A stretch of DNA of 64,000 nt, from contig OZ024743.1 in NCBI GenBank assembly GCA_964016885.1, forward strand, positions 94,364,001-94,428,000. Direction: 5' to 3'. Of the stretch, positions 33,801-47,030 are shown piece by piece (within the stretch, counting starts at the first letter, position 1; each line of letters opens with the position of its first letter). Origin of the DNA: Eledone cirrhosa (taxonomy: Eukaryota). Both the position numbers and the translations under genes were made by a program. The notes beneath the pieces were generated by a model. That model made no database searches and was not told the origin of the DNA. It saw only the letters and a program-made list of their open reading frames with translations.

Positions 33801-34750
33801 TTAAGTCACCAGCAATAATTATATAGTCAGCGCCGTTTATTTGGGAGTGCATTAGGGACTCATAGAACCTGTCTTTTAGGACGTCTAGAAGACCAGATTG
33901 GAATGCATAAGCAGAAATAATTGACACGGTTGTTCTATTTAGTACTAGTCTAATTTTAATGACTCTGTCGTTCACTGTATTTACAACAGATATTTTATCT
34001 ACCCATTTTTTTGTTAACATGATCCCTACTCCACCTAACCCGTTGACATTTCCCACCCAGAAAAATTTTGTAGCGTCATTTTTTGCCACAAGGAATCAAG
34101 TTGACGCCTCCTCTCCATCTAGTCTCTTGTACACAACATACATTAATTTTATTTCGTTCAAGCATCTCTACAGTCTTACCTGATCGTTCTTTCATCATGT
34201 CTACGTTGATGGTATCAGCTCTGAATTTATGGATTTCACCGGAAGGGTGTGGGGAAGAAGAAGATGAAACTTTAAGAAGGAGAGTAGAAGATGAATTGGT
34301 GTTGGTTTTGGTTTTCCATGTCTGAAATAAAGAGGAGTTTTTGCGTGGTCGTCCGGAGACGGGAGATAAATTAATATTCGTCTTTGGAGTGCTCCAGGTC
34401 TCCAACTCTGTAGTCCATTTATCATACGAAACAGCAATTAGGCCCATAACAATGTTTAGGAGGAGTAATAGTAGCAGAATAAGTAGCTTTTTTAAAAATA
34501 GAAATTGGGTTCAGAATGAAACGTATTTTGCGCTGCTGAATTTTGATTGGTCCAAATGGCTATGGTGGTGTGTGGGGGACGGTGGAGGGGAAATGGCAGA
34601 TTAATATTGATAAGAGGACTGGAGAGTGCCTTTAAAATAAGACTGAGGGGAAAAAGGAACTAGACTCCATGTGACTGAAATTGGGGATAAAGAGAGTGGA
34701 AAAGACAATATCTGAAGACCGGTGGAAAAACAGATCGAGAAAATAGAATA
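30829..34750 (-). mobile_element. Near-full-length degenerate RTE-type LINE (APE, RT, Cys/His finger) with (GAT)n tail, interrupted by a SINE
   Basis: VQETRWRG, GVGI, SAYAFQSG, GDLNGHVG (APE); NYRGIKL, QFGFVPGKSTTD, YADDL (RT); WPCSVC..C.KC..WVHKGC; RRLRWYG; tail at 30829-30843. The 5' boundary is approximate. Confidence 0.88.
32168..32350 (-). mobile_element. SINE nested in the RT region of the LINE
   Basis: Family core and tail, between the RT segments GSILSPL and YADDL. Confidence 0.85.
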
Positions 34751-34769
34751 TTTACTGACTAACAATTAG

Positions 34770-35137
34770 AATCTACTAATTCTCATTTAACCATCCAAAT
34801 TCTCTAATTAATATTTAATGATCAGAATTCTCTAATTCATATTTAACCATCAGATTTCTCTAATTTATATTTGACCATCAGAATTATCTAATTCTCATTT
34901 AACAATCAGAATTCTCTAATTCATATTTAACCATCAGAATTCTCTAATTTATATTTAACCATCAGAATTCTCTAATTCATATTTAGCCATCAGAATTCTC
35001 TAATTCATATTTAGCCATCAGAATTCTCTAATTCATATTTAACCATCAAAATTCTCTAATTCATACTTAACCATCAGAATTCTCTAATTCATATTTAAAC
35101 AATCAGAGTTCTCTAATTTATATTTAACCATCAGAAT
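34770..35137. repeat. 28-bp AT-rich minisatellite; decayed continuations at 30600-30828 and 36351-36590
   Basis: Unit attcatatttaaccatcagaattctcta; anchors at 34935 and 34963. Confidence 0.9.
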
Positions 35138-35201
35138 TAAGTAAATAAACAAACATAAATTAACATTATTGTCTCGAAAATGTTGACGAAGCGTGAGTGT
35201 A

Positions 35202-35920
35202 TTTGAAATTCATAGAAATAATTAGAAAACTGAACACAAGAATAGATGTTAAAACAGTAAAATGCCGTCAATAATAGCATGTAAGTCGGGTAAAAATACC
35301 CCAAAGGCCAGTGGTCGGTGAAGAGAAAAGAAAAGCTGCAAGGTGGGTGATAGGCAGATGAAATATAGAAAAGATTGAGAGAAGAGGAGAAGAAGTGTGT
35401 TGACACATAGAAATGATAGGAGGTGTGTTGTCACGTAGAAGTGATAGGAATAAATAAATAAAGGAAGACATTGAATGATACAAATTCACACACACACAAA
35501 TCTGCCTTATCAGCTCTCAAATAGGGAAGTTGTTTCGCGCGATTTAATCGAGAGGACCACATAAATTTGCCGGCTAGTGCAACAGAAAATATATATTTCT
35601 GCTGGAATGATGTGCGCGCGATAAGACGAACAGAACCAACAGACAGGCAGATCAGAGAGCAAAGTAAAACGTGTCCTGTCGGTATAAAGACGCCGCTAGA
35701 AGGGACAGTAAAAGCCCTTCTTTCTTCCTATCACTTCTACGTGCCAACACACCTCCTTCTCCCCTTTCAGTCTTTTCTATATTTCATCTGCCAATCACTC
35801 ACCACGCAGATTTACTTTTCTCTTTACCGACCACTGGTCACTGATCTGTCCTTTGAATTATTTTTACCCCTCTTAATACTGAAGGCTAATCTTGTGTTGA
35901 TTTTTCTATGAATTTCAAAC
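35202..35920. mobile_element. Foldback/MITE with long (~200-250 bp) imperfect terminal inverted repeats
   Basis: tttgaaattcatagaaa..cagtggtcggtgaagagaaaag..cacgtagaagtgataggaa is mirrored by ttcctatcacttctacgtg..cttttctctttaccgaccactg..tttctatgaatttcaaa. Confidence 0.75.
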
Positions 35921-35925
35921 TTAAT

Positions 35926-36350
35926 TACTCTCGGGTTTCGAATAATCGTACCCCGCTTTTATTAATTTTTCAGATTTTTTTCCAACACCCCTGTTCTTAC
36001 TCCACCCCCCACTCCTGCGTATTAAATTTATTTTATTAATCTATCTCCGGTGAAATTTTATTTTAAGTGGTAGCATTCCTGTGACAATTAATTTTCTTTA
36101 TAGATTAAAAAACATTATACATGACAAAAAAGTACATTACTAGAAATCCTATACGTTATAAAATAAATAGGATGGGTTGGAGGTCGCAATATGTAAACTA
36201 AATGAATATTTCTGGTCTTTAAAAATCAACGGAAACAACCTAAAAAAATTACCGATTTTCAACCCCGCCCCCTCCCATCTTATTCGAACTCCTCCGCTTA
36301 TTCCAACCCTCCACTTATTCCACCACCCTATTATTTGGGACCCAAGAGTA
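35926..36350. mobile_element. TA-flanked MITE (Tc1/mariner/pogo-like)
   Basis: Ends tactctcgggtttcgaataat and attatttgggacccaagagta are imperfect inverted repeats bounded by TA. Confidence 0.7.
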
Positions 36351-36699
36351 GTTCATATTTAGCAACCAGAAATAGCTAATTTTTATTTAACAATTCGGAT
36401 TAATTAATTCACGTTTAATAATCTCAATTAATTAACATTTAACAATCCGAAATAATTAATTCACCTTTAACGATTCGGATTAGTTAATTCACATTTAACA
36501 ATTCGGATTAGTTAATTTACATTTAACAATCCGGATTAGTTAATTCACAGTTAACAATTAAAATCCACCCATTCACATTTAACAACAACAAAGTAACAAA
36601 CAACTTCAACTGCATGTCTAAACATACATATCATAACATAAACTTTTATTATCCCGTACAGAATCTAAAATCTTGGGTGCAACTGCTCTATTATATGAT

Positions 36700-36885
36700 G
36701 TGGATTGACAGTATCGGTAGAGGGTCTGACCCCATGCTTTGTAGCATAGAGTTACGGCCTTTGCCATTCTGAGTTCAAATCCCGCCGAGGTTAACTTTGC
36801 CTTTCATCCTTACGAAGTCGATAAAATAAAGTACCAGTAATGCACTGGGTATTCGAGGGTCTTGTGCCCAAAGTAGAAACAATTA
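36700..36885 (+). mobile_element. SINE (abundant family)
   Basis: Head, core and tail as in the other copies. Confidence 0.85.
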
Positions 36886-37943
36886 TACGATTGAACCTCT
36901 GTCGGTTCCGACGTTGAGTGTTCCTGTTGTTCGATCAACAGAACAGACTGCTCGTGAAATTAACGTACGTGCAAGTGGCTGGTTATTCAGCATGCACCTA
37001 TTCGCAAATCTCAGCGGGATTTAGCGTGACACAGTGTGGGACATGGTTGGCTTTTTTAATTATAGGTTCAATGAGTCAAACATCCTAACCACTAAGCCAC
37101 ATACCTTTTCACTGCAATATAATGATAATGATAAAGAAAATCTGTGTAAAGAAAATTTCTTAAAGAAGAAAGCATTATTTACTGTGAGAAAAAATCCTGT
37201 CCGCAAAACAGGCCTTTCAATTCATCAGTTGAGTTCCCAATCATTCCATATAAAACATTATTAAGACACCGATAATTATTTTAAAAATGCAAAACAGCGA
37301 AAGTTCACATAAAAATGGCGACAATTCATTAATTGATAAGTAGAAGAACTGATATTTATATCAAAGACAATATCTAGACAATCCTCAACCTCATTTCGAC
37401 ATTAAATCGTAAGTTCAAATTTATTGCAGGCATTCAACAAGCGAACACAATTTTATTAAAGAATTTTCTGGCGTGGTACTTAATACTCCAGGATAAATTA
37501 TGAGACATTGTAAAATATGTGGTTATGGCTATTTTGGAAAAGCGGGTACAATGCAAGTTAGAAATACAAGAGGGAAACTAGAGTAGAGTAAGAAAAACAA
37601 AACAACAACAGTTTATTCGTTTACTTTGTTCTTCATCCACTTTCGAGGTTTTACTTCTTTTCAAAAGAAAAGAAATGGCGTTTGGAGTTGACAACGAGCG
37701 GTGCTTTTCTTGCGAACAGTGTAGTTAATATGTAACATTGTGAGAAATGTGCTTAGTGTTGTTTGGGGAAAACCAGTACAATGCATCTTTATAAAATTAA
37801 GGTTAATGAAACAAAAAAACAGTTTACACATTTACTTTGTATCTCGTGATATTTCAACAGTACGTCCTCATCAGATAAAATAAGATGATGCATGACATAC
37901 CCTGACATAGTAGATGGTTAAGATTCAGTCATGGTAGTCATTT

Positions 37944-37991
<48 letters not shown>

Positions 37992-38062
37992 GGAAAAGAA
38001 TGAAACGAAATTTCATTTCTCACTCTTAGTACGGCTGATACTTAAATGTAAATATGTACACG

Positions 38063-38290
38063 TACATACATATATGTATACAGACGTACAGTACTACTGT
38101 ACATACATATATGTATACAGACGTACAGTACTACTGTACATACGTATATGTATACAGACGTACAGTACTACTGTACATACATATATGTATACAGACGTAC
38201 AGTACTACTGTACATACATATATGTATACAGACGTACAGTACTACTGTACATACATATATGTATACAGACGTACAGTACTACTGTACGTC
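38063..38290. repeat. 37-bp minisatellite, 6 copies
   Basis: Same unit as at 12153; anchors 38081-38266. Confidence 0.97.
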
Positions 38291-38529
38291 TGTATACATA
38301 TATGTATGTACGTATACATATTTACATATATATAAAGAGTCGGGACCCGATGTTTGAAACGGCAAGAGCTCAGCTGTTGGGTCCCGATTCTGTATAATGT
38401 TAATCATACTCAAACTACCCCAAGTATCGAGTACTCTGATGAGTAATGGTCTAACTAGTTTCAAACTGCTTCTATCCTGATATATATATATTGTTCCAGG
38501 TACCATATATACAAGTATATAAGTCAAGC

Positions 38530-38580
<51 letters not shown>

Positions 38581-38762
38581 TGAGAGAGAGAGAAAGACTG
38601 ACAGAGTTGATCACACACTATATTGCCATATAGAGAATACGTGTTGCATAGAAAGAGATATAATGTTAAGCTTCCATACCTAAAGCCCCCACCAGTAAAT
38701 AAAACACCCTAGAAAACAAAAACTCAAAAACGAACGAAAATCTAAAGCCGTTCTTTACTTAC

Positions 38763-38841
38763 GCTTGGTCAATTTGTGTTGTTTCGTATCAAATATCTTT
38801 TCTTTAATAACGTTTAAGTAAAAATACACACCGTATTTATA
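38763..38841 (-). promoter_or_regulatory. Duplicated orphan copy of the putative gene 1 TATA box and exon 1
   Basis: Matches 13321-13399; no gene 1 coding exon follows before the junction at 37849. Confidence 0.45.
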
Positions 38842-39470
38842 GGGATTCAGACCCCGATTCTCCACCTTCTTTTTTTAATTTTTATGAACCTTTTATTTAT
38901 TCAAATATTTATCTATTAATCTTTTGTTAATTATTTCATTGAGAAATATACCTTAGCTTGAGGAATTTGCGATTCACGTGAACATATTTATATAAAAGAA
39001 TAAAGAAGATAATTGTTCTATCAGCAAGAGAAAATATTTTATTGTTCTCTATTTTGAGTTAACGGTTGATTTCCGGCACTTGTCAATCATGTTCTCACGC
39101 TTTCATTTTCTTGTTTGACTTCTATGTATGTATGTGTATGTGTGTGTGTGTGTATGTATGTAGTTTTATGTAATATAATGCATGCTTATTTTACGCTAGT
39201 ATCTCGTGTCTTCATGTGTGACTACAAAATTGTATTGTGTATCCACGAGGCCAAACACGTGTGCTGACCGACAGAGGTCATTGGTGACCCAGGAGCTATT
39301 TCCTCGCCTTCACACTGCGGAAGTAGAGGGCAAATTGATATTCCTTAAGAATTTGACCCCAAAACTCCAGATTTCGGTTACTTGGCCACAATTTGAACTT
39401 TAGATCATACGGAGCCGAAACAATATTATAAGCAAGTCTTCTACAATTCTTGTCACTCCATAGTCTTTTT

Positions 39471-39542
<72 letters not shown>

Positions 39543-39665
39543 AACTACTACTAGAGAAGCGCAAACACTTTTTTTAAAGTGTTCGTTTCGGAACCAAGTG
39601 GTTCTGGGTTCAATCTCGTTGCATACAACCTTGGTCAAGTGTCTTCTACTATAACTCTGTGAGTG

Positions 39666-39696
<31 letters not shown>

Positions 39697-40015
39697 GAGA
39701 AAATCTGCTTCGTAGTATCGAGACGTATCCGAGGACCGCGCGATTTCAAAGTCAGGTTTGATCACCACATCGATCGTGCCTCGAGCTGATCGGCTGAGAA
39801 ACAACTGTAATATGTCCAATAAATTCCTTTCGTCGCAACACTGATTCTCTTTTTTCTGTGATATCATACTCTGCTCTATGAGGGCATCGAGTGCTCATAC
39901 GGCCTACTGCATACGGACGCTTTAAGCACCCAACACCAATTATATATATACTACCCTAACTATTGAGTACTCTAGTGCGTTGTGGTCCATCTGGTTCCTT
40001 ACCACAATTCCTTCG

Positions 40016-40102
<87 letters not shown>

Positions 40103-40135
40103 GTTCCTGTTCAAATTTTTCCATTATATATATAT

Positions 40136-40238
<103 letters not shown>

Positions 40239-40270
40239 GGATTTCGCTTCAAGCATAGCTTTATACAATA

Positions 40271-41175
40271 CTAGCAGTAAAGCCCGGCGTTGCTCGGGGT
40301 CGCTCAGTAGCTGTGTTAAAGTTACAATGTTAAGTTTCTTTCTTGGCTTTAAAACTATAGTGTCTACTGTGCAGACTTGCATGTGGTGTTTTTGATTAAT
40401 ATTCCCTCAACCAACAATATGCCTTATGAAGTTAAGAAAACATAACGATAACCCGAATGTTATAACAAAAGAGGATGCTGGGGATAAAAACTGCACTGGT
40501 TATTTATTAACAAAGATCGAAAATGTAAACACTGCAACGCAGAGAAAAACATTAGCGTAACCAAATTATCAGTTATGTCTGTCTGCACGCCTATATCACC
40601 TCTCTGCACGACTGTCTGTCTGCACGCCTATATCACCTCTCTGCACGACTGTCAGTTTGCACGCCTATATCACCTCTCTGCACGACTGTCTGTCTGCACG
40701 CCTATATCACCTCTCTGCACGACTGTCTGTCTGCACGACTGTCTGTCTGCACGCCTAACGACGAAATATTTGCTTGTTTTACGTAGTCTTTAAATAGACT
40801 TGTTTTCAAGTAAAAATATTGTTTTAAAATGCTTTTAAATGGAAATGAAGCAAAACGGAAGCTTAGTGTTCGAACTGATGAATGTGTTAATGTCATTTTA
40901 AACGCTGAGAAAGCCAGCGTAATTTTTTACGTAAGACGCTCAATGTAAACAGAACAAAGGGAAATAACTGATCACTTACGCTCAAAAATCGATACATTAT
41001 ATTCGATTTCGTCACATAGGGTGGGTCAATTTGAAATATTTTTTTTTCCGATGTCTTCGCTAGGGCTCAATGTACAAGTATAGCAATTTCGGTGCAATTC
41101 CGTGAGAGATTCTAAGAGGAGATGTGTGCCAAAAATCGATAGACAGACAGACAACCACAGTTTTATATATATAGA
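40271..41175 (-). mobile_element. Non-autonomous Helitron (905 bp) with an internal 37-bp tandem repeat (~40575-40757)
   Basis: Minus strand: A|TCTATATATATAAAA...CCCGAGCAACGCCGGG (hairpin) CTTTACTG CTAG|T. This gives a TC start, subterminal hairpin, CTAG end, AT target and no TSD. Confidence 0.9.
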
Positions 41176-41285
41176 TGTATAAATATTTCGTATCTCCAAA
41201 GAAATACCATTTTAGGAAGCCGTAGCTATGCAAACACCGGGGGACTAACACCCTCTGGTGATGTCCAGCAGAAGCAAGGGGGACA

Positions 41286-41328
41286 ACCGTCTATGCATTT
41301 CAGGCTTAACTGGCCTTCGTCAGACGGT
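41286..41328 (-). ncRNA. Candidate minimal type-I hammerhead ribozyme
   Basis: accgt-CTGACGA-aggc-cagttaa-gcct-GAAA-tgca-TA-g-acggt; palindromic helix-III loop, one extra base before stem I. Confidence 0.55.
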
Positions 41329-41911
41329 CCCTATATATATATAGTGAAAACTCAGAAGTTTAGAAAATTAAGGAATTCCATACAACTAACGTTTTATAGG
41401 GAATAATACAGATTTGAAGATACATCTAACGTTTTATATATATATATATGTACAATATACAACGAAACGAGTCAGTTCATATACACACCTGGATAGAAGC
41501 AGTTTTAAACTAGTTAGACAATTACTCAACAGAGTACTCCATACTTGGGGTAGTAGTGTATGACTATATTAGAAAGACTCGGGGAACTAGCTGTTGAAAC
41601 GGCAAGAGCTCAGTCGTCGGGCCCCGAAAACCTAAGTATATATATATATGTATGTATATGTATATATATATAAATATAAGTATGTATACGTACATACATA
41701 TATGTTTACAAACAAACCGAACATTATAATAAATGTTCGGTAAACCCATACGTACATATATATATGTGTGTTGATGTATGTATATATATACATACTACTC
41801 TGCGTCTGTACACATATATGTATGTACGTATACATACTTATATTTAGGTATCAGCCGTACTAAGAGTGAGAAATGAAATTTCGTTTCATTCTTTTTCATA
41901 TATATATATAT

Positions 41912-42168
41912 ATATGTTGATTTAAAACTGCACTATCAACAAGTGTTTTTTTAGCCTTCATATCATGTTCTCCTGTTTTATCTGATGAAAACACAAATAT
42001 TATTGTTTGATGATGTTTGTTTTTGAAATGCGCATAATAAAATATATTGAACTCCTTTAACCATCTTTTGATCTTATATTATGCATACTCCAGTCCCACA
42101 TACTGTAGAGTGCTTCTTATCCGATATCTGCATTGCTTTATTGTACTACAATAAAACTCACCTCCTAC

Positions 42169-42170
<2 letters not shown>
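41912..42170 (+). mobile_element. Solo 3' terminus of the Penelope-like element in (TA)n, with hammerhead at 41975-42043
   Basis: Near-identical to the reverse complement of 57045-57300. Confidence 0.9.
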
Positions 42171-42224
<54 letters not shown>

Positions 42225-42525
42225 TAAGAGGAATTCCAACTTTGTCTGATTTACTCGTTTTATTTACAATCCTTTAAAATATATATAATGAAAATTGCAA
42301 ACTCGACTGTCACCACATATCATGAACCTGAAGATTGCGAAAGCATGAACGTACTTGTTCAATTAACACTTAGAATTTAATATTCTATCATACTATTTCA
42401 TTATAATACAATTATATATATTTTAAAGGATTGTAAATAAAACGAGTAAATCAGACAAAGTTGGAATTCCTCTTATTAATATAATCTTCTATACACAATC
42501 ATACACACCCGTGTATATTTACCTA

Positions 42526-42609
<84 letters not shown>

Positions 42610-42884
42610 TTTTGCGAGGTTTTTGATATGAAATCGTGTGTCGAAACAAATAAATAAATATATAAACAGACTAAATAAAGATGGCGTAGAAAATACAATG
42701 TAACGAGAGGAAACAATAGCACCACTGACGATGTTGCAGATGAACTATATATATGTGTTTGTGTCTATATTGTATCTGTATTATTTTTGACCGTTGGTCA
42801 GTTAATGGCAACATTGAGGACCGAATAAATTAGATTACCGATATAAAAGACACAGAAGCGAAAAGCGAAAACCAACCAAAGTAT

Positions 42885-42974
<90 letters not shown>

Positions 42975-43398
42975 TATAAATGGCACTCCATATACATACA
43001 TCTATCTATCTCTCTCTCTATATATACACATATGTGTATATATATGTCGGCTGTCACAAAGAGTCATGACTGGCATGGGCTGGGGTTTGGATTCTGTCGA
43101 TCGATTGGTTATTGATTAGGCGATACCCGCTGATGAAGCCGCATAAGCTGAAAGTGCATTGTTGCATAATATATGCAGACGGATGGTGCAGTGCACCTTA
43201 CTGCTGCATAAAGTGCGGCCGAAACTCGAGTCCGGGAACTATTATAGGCACCCGTTTTACGTGTGTTGTATTGAGGCAAATAACTATGTGTATACTCTGG
43301 GAATGTATCTTACATTGCCCATGGAATACGCTGAGATACAACCGGTACTGGCATTGATAAATATGCTGGGTCCGTCAAATCCTTATATATAACACTCC

Positions 43399-43475
<77 letters not shown>

Positions 43476-43476
<1 letters not shown>

Positions 43477-44078
43477 TGTAATAATCAAGCCTCCTCCCCC
43501 CTTCAAAGATGAAGGAGAGGCGGTGTTTCTGTGCGTAATAGCCATGGTGAAAGAAGTTGTATGGTAGACGCGTCTGAAAGGACTGAGGTCAGGCACCTTT
43601 CTCTCTGGCCAACAACTGGTCCGTTTCTTCCAATATCATTTCGGAAGAAGGATCAGGATGGAGAGAGAGGTGCTCCACCCCAGTCGTTTTTATGAAAGGT
43701 GGGTGAAAGTGGCGAGAATGGCCCGTGTGAATGGGCCTTCTCTTTACATAAGCCTGTAGGTGGAAAAGAGGAAGGAACGAGGGAGCACCCCCTCTCTGTG
43801 CTCCTGAGGAAAAGGGTTGCACACTTTTTTCGGGGGTGTGTGCGACCCCCCAAGGCGCCTCCTCTCTATTGAGGATTTTGTTATGAATTTTATTTTTTGT
43901 TATATTTTATAACAAAATCCTCTATTGAGGATTTTGTTATAATTCTATTTTTTGTTATATTTTATTTTATTTTTATATATTGTTATTGCCTCCTCCCTAT
44001 TGAGGACGTCTTGTTTTGTAAACTCCCCCCTTTGTACTTGTCCCACTTTTGATGCCCTGGTGGCAAATAAAAGAAACA
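43476..44078 (+). mobile_element. Short 3' fragment of a related Tx1/L1-like subfamily in (TCTA)n, copy B only
   Basis: IKPPPPFKDEGEAVFLCV homology to 44152-45132; both flanks are (TCTA)n. Confidence 0.85.
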
Positions 44079-44149
<71 letters not shown>

Positions 44150-45350
44150 AAATGGAGCGCGCGCTTTTCCAATTCCTTTGGAAGAAACGGGCTCCTTTGG
44201 TGAGAAGATCCATCTGCTGCCAACACCCTTCAAACGGAGGGCTGGGGTTGCCATGGCTGACGATGCGCAAACACGCACTCAGGCTGCGGCACCTCCACGT
44301 ATTCATCACCAGACAACCAGTGTGGGCCCCGTTCGTGAGGCGAGCCTTCCCACGACTCGTTGCGCTGACCGAGCTGCAGACCTGGGTCAAGCAAAGACCG
44401 AGGAAAATGGGCGACTGGCATATCGAATGTGCTCAGGCGCTCACAGTCCTCCGGCAAACGGACCCGGCGATCAGTGGAGACTCCACTTCGACATTCTATA
44501 GAGGGTTGGTCGGCAGCAAGTGCGATGACACGCTCGGAGAAACTCTAGGCGTAGAGGAGGACGAACTGGCCAGTCTGTTCGGTAGGACCTTCCGCCCGGG
44601 ACCAATGGACAACTTCCAAAAGTCCCTGGCCTGGCAGTGCTACCGAGGAGCTCTACCAGTTCGAGACAAGCTCTACAGACACGGGCGCCCGGGTAGGGAC
44701 CCTTCGAAAAAGATCTGTCCGAGATGCGTGCGCGACGAGGAAATCGTCGCACACACATTTGTACACTGCCCGGGCGTTACCGACCTGTGGGGCTATGTAG
44801 AACGACTATTGTCGCGGGTGGGACCAATCCAGTTGACCACCGAGTCCATTGTCATGATCAAACCGCCACCCTCCTTCAAAAACGAGGGAGAGGCGGTTTT
44901 CCTATGTGTTATGGCTATGGTGAAAGAGGTTATATGGTGGACGAGGTTAAAAGGGCTGAGGTCAGACACCTTTCTCTCCGGCGAGCAACTGATTCGTTTT
45001 TTCAAATATCATTTTGGAAGACGAATCAGGATGGAGAGAGAGGTACTGTACCCCAGAAAATTTTATAAAAGGTGGGTGAATGTGACAAAGATGGCCCGAG
45101 TGGTTGGGCCTTCTCTCTATTCAAGCCTGTAGGTTAAGGAAAAAGAGGAAGAGAGGAAGGGAGTACTCACTCTTGGTACTCCTGGAGAAGAGGGTTGTAC
45201 AATTTTTCGGGGTCTGTACAACCCCTGTTGGGGATTTCAATTGTTATTTGTTGTTTTATTAATAGTTTTATTTTCATATACCTGTATGTAAACTCCCCAT
45301 TTGTATTTGTCCCCTTCTTTTGTGCCCTTGTGGCTAATAAAGAAATTTAT
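44150..45350 (+). mobile_element. 5'-truncated Tx1/L1-like LINE with intact ORF2 end and 3' UTR
   Basis: ORF 44152..45132 with CPRC..H..C finger; aataaagaaa end; (TCTA)n flanks. Confidence 0.9.
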
Positions 45351-45364
45351 CTATCTATATATAT

Positions 45365-45457
<93 letters not shown>

Positions 45458-45882
45458 CTTATATATATAGAGATAGATAGATAGATATATAGATAGATAG
45501 ATAGATTTCTTTATTAGCCACAAGATAGATAGATAGATAGATAGATAGATGTATATATGGAGTGTTCACGGCCGGGACGTCCATAAATCAGGGTAGTATT
45601 CGAAACTTATCTGATTGAAGAGTATGTAGAAGTATAAGGTATAGTCTCAATAGTGGGCCCGTTCCGTTTCGGCTTGATATGAGGCCTAGCCAAGTATATG
45701 AGTCTAGTGCTTTATTGGTAAAAGTATAAATATTTATTACTGATAATTTGTGAAAATATTGTACATACACAAAATTGTGGGCTTTTGTATTCTTTTTGCT
45801 TCCAAGATCACGCGGAGACGAAACAATATTATAAGCAAGTCTTCTACAATTCTTGTCACTCCATAGCCTTTTCTACTACTAG

Positions 45883-45942
<60 letters not shown>

Positions 45943-46340
45943 AACTACTACTCTTTTCCTGTTTTCTTGTTTATTCTGTCGTTTGTCTCCCTTTTTCGTC
46001 TTACTACCAAACATTCTCTCTTATATTTCTTTCTCTATTAGCGTTCGAAACATTATGACTCCTTTCTAACTATATCAAGTGTTGAACTAATATATCACCA
46101 TTGTATTGTATTGTATTGTTCCCGTGTGTTGTTTTTCCTTGATTTTTCTTCTGTGTGTGTGTGTGTTTGTGTTTGAGTGTATATGTGATTGTGTGTGTGT
46201 GTGTGTGTGTGAATTATTTGTAAAAAAAAAAAAACGGATTGAAAATGTCTTGTGACGAGGGTTTGTAGAGACCGGAAATTCTAATAAAAGCATGTTTTCA
46301 CCACACATATTGAGGGAATTAAATGTTCGAAATCACACAC

Positions 46341-46403
<63 letters not shown>

Positions 46404-47030
46404 AATGGGTGTGTATATATTTTTTCCCATCTTTGACAGCATTTAGCTGTTTTAACGGCTGTTCAAGCCATGATTTTTTTTTCATTTTTATATGAATTCA
46501 ATAAAAGAAAAATAGTAAGTCATTTTATGTGTTTATTGATAAATATAATGAAATTGGATTAGAATTATTTTAATTAAAAATAATTAAATGTCCTGATCAA
46601 TAAATAATTGATTGAAAAATAGTAACAGGTTCTGAAACTAATATAGTAGAATTCTATTGAAAATTAGCACCGGATTCCATATTTCTATCTTTCTCACCAT
46701 TCATTCCCCATGTATATAATCATTTATTACATGTCCTTCCATCCATTCATACATCCATCTTTCCTTCCATCCATACATCTTTTCTTCCATCCATCCATCT
46801 TTTCTTCCATCCATCCATCCATCCATCCATCCATCCATCCATCCATCCATCCATCCATCCATCCATCCATCCATCCAATCCATACATCTTCCCATCCTGC
46901 AATCCATTCTTACGTTGACTGTTGTTAAATGATGTTCTCTCTTAAACAGTACAATTCAAACGTCTTTTGAAACTACACGTTCAAATGTGTAGTTTCATTA
47001 GGAATGTTGCTTAGTAAAAATGTTGCTGGG

